The notes beneath the pieces were generated by a model. The model searched no databases. It had not been told where the DNA came from and was given only the letters and a program-made list of their open reading frames with translations. From Ascidiella aspersa (taxonomy: Eukaryota): 64,000 bases of DNA. Location: positions 25,110,001 through 25,174,000 of the forward strand of contig OZ004613.1 in NCBI GenBank assembly GCA_963924565.1, in the 5' to 3' direction. Shown in pieces: positions 61,923-64,000 of this stretch. Every line of letters starts with the position of its first letter. The first letter of the stretch is position 1. The translations under genes and the position numbers were made by a program.

Positions 61923-64000
61923 GCGCGCACGCTCGTCTCTCTGGGTTTTGGATTTACCTCTTTCGTGTACTTACCTGTACTGTATGGTGTAGAAAGTGGC
62001 ACGATTAAGTTGGACCGTAGCTCCATTAAACCAAGTTTATTACGAGCCGTGGCACTTAACATCCCTTGCCTAGCTTTTTCACACAGGTGTTTTTTATGCT
62101 GCTCCTATCAAACGTTGTGAAGTTTCGTTAAACCTTTCTCGACATTTCATTTTTTCTATTTACCCAGTTTTTGGAAGGGTGCCATCTGAAGTTAGGCACA
62201 AGCCCAACTAGCAAACAACCGTTTTTTTGTGATTTAGGGCTCGGTGGCCTTGGATGCTGTTCAAAGCGCGGTTTCCACGCATTCTAATCGATACGAATAT
62301 TTCAAAGCTTTCGTCTCTTGTCAGATTTACAACGGACTTTGTAGTCCACAGTGCGCACATCTCGCAATATTTGGCAACTGTATAGTCTGCGCTGGCAAAT
62401 TTTCTGACATCGTAAAGCTTTGGCCAATTCGCAACCAGGTTAGTAGCGTGAACTACCTGTACTTTTTTTGTTTCTGTGCGATCGCCTTCAAGTTTCTAAA
62501 TCGCGGATCCCTTGAAATGTTTGTTCGCAACTCTACAATGTCTTCTCATCTTGGGCTTTTAGCGTTATTTTACCCAATTAAAAAAAACAGCGTCTAAAAC
62601 ATTTTCCAAAGCTGTTTTTTAATTTGTATGTCACTTCACATACAACGCGACTGATTTCGGCACTGCGACGCTTAAATGCGAATCGCCTTGTGCGGGCCAG
62701 TGGGGAAAACTGTAACGCGGATTTTTAGGCAAATCATTTACCATTTTCTTTTACAGTTGTGAGTCTATGTTGTTAATATTTCACTTAGCCGGATGCGCCC
62801 GCGGCCGAGTCGCCTTGTAGTCGTCGTCTAGTGTAGTAGTAGGTTTCGCCCGACGGCCGCCTTCTGGTAACATTTTAACAGATCGAGGGGCACCCGCGAG
62901 TTTTACAAGCCACTTGCATTTCCTCAGACGAGAAAGCGACGTATATGCTCTCATGAGGGATGCTATGTTCCAAGCCGCGCGGTATGTAGGAAGGATTACA
63001 CGTGGATTACACCAACAGAACAAACAGAGACGCTACACCGCATAAAAAACTCCGTCTGTGGAATTAATTAGGACTGCTTGTGTATCATATTATTATTTAG
63101 AATTGCTTGTGTATCATTAAATGGCTTACATCATATTGGCCTTATTAGCGAAAAAAACGTTTTGCGCACGTGACAAGGTGACTAGCGAAAATGGTTGGTT
63201 GGCTAATATGGGGAGGGGGGCTACCAATTCGCCGGGGGCCAAACAACGTGTATCGCCGATGCTTTACCGCTGTGGCGGCGACTCGCGTGCAAACTGCTCC
63301 TAATAAATTTAATGGGCACGAGCAAACAGTCAAAAGGCTATATCGGCGGGCCTTGTTTGCACTCGCGACCCCGGTAACGGGTCGGACCGACACCGGCAAA
63401 CATGAGCCGGGCTTCGGAATCGTCGACACGCCCCCGTTTTCGGGAAACAAGAGTGATTTGCAACCTTTTCGACCCGAGGCAGGTTAATTGTGGCCGATCG
63501 CGCTGCTAATGGTTAAAGCTTATGCTGCTGTTTGGTTCGGGGCACAAACAAAGGCAAGAGAGGCGAAATGTTTCTGAAGTGCCTTGGCACGATAAGAGAC
63601 GCGCCATAAGGGGGTTTCCTACCTATGAAACGGTCTATGTATGCGACCCCAGGGACAATTCACTCTTAGAAATTGAGAAAGCCCTTTAAATATTGAGTAT
63701 TTTTTATAGTGGATTTTATATGTTGCTATTAAGCAAAAAAACAGCAACGCCTGTTCTACTAACGCATTTTCCCTCCCCATTAATAACCCTCACCCCACCC
63801 TTATACGTTAAACTGCGCCAGGAATCTCGCCTATCAATGCGCACACATTACGTAAGTGGCTCAATATTTTAGACGTGCTAATGTTTGTCGTGATTACAAC
63901 AATGTTTGTCGGTCAATGACCCGCAAAACAAAGGGTGTGTCTTGCCAATGTACCCCTGAAACAAAAAAGGAACCAAGTATGAGGCAAAGCGCGACAATGT

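Noticed and set aside
61975-62062. Minus-strand exon ending at the strong donor near 61974 as a coding exon of HNF1
   Set aside because: The frame needed to join the phase-2 acceptor at 61173 contains a TAA and no start codon; at most a non-coding exon.
62781-63023. 80-aa minus-strand ORF as the missing HNF1 first exon
   Set aside because: Phase would fit (GCT AA/gtgaaa), but the donor is weak and there is no similarity to the HNF1 dimerization or N-terminal sequence.

Overview
AT-rich eukaryotic (animal) genomic DNA with short GT-AG introns. An invertebrate chordate, probably an ascidian, is my inference from the HNF1 gene, compact introns and MITE types. The window has two parts. (1) 1-48.2 kb holds six near-identical paralogs of an 11-exon gene that the ORF track shows only as fragments. 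Spliced by hand, it encodes a ~648-aa secreted protein (signal peptide MKLLLVLLACIA; ~12% Tyr, ~5% Cys) with two internally repeated Lys/Glu/Ala-rich helical regions flanked by Tyr/Cys-rich blocks. Two copies are on the minus strand and four on the plus strand, arranged as a large inverted duplication plus ~9.5-kb direct repeats. Copy 1 has a premature TAG, copy 3 has lost TATA and exon 1, promoters come in three types, and the copies are mosaics suggestive of gene conversion. A seventh copy probably lies just left of the window. (2) 48.7-61.2 kb (minus strand) holds 13 exons of an HNF1-class homeobox gene (POU-like domain, atypical homeodomain, poly-Q, C-terminal region), convergent with the last cluster copy; its 5' exon(s) were not found. 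Many hAT-type MITEs with 8-bp TSDs and one tRNA-derived SINE are present. The most interesting system is the amplified Tyr/Cys-rich secreted rod protein, a candidate cross-linkable net/adhesive protein and/or iodination scaffold. Its function is a hypothesis, not shown by the sequence.
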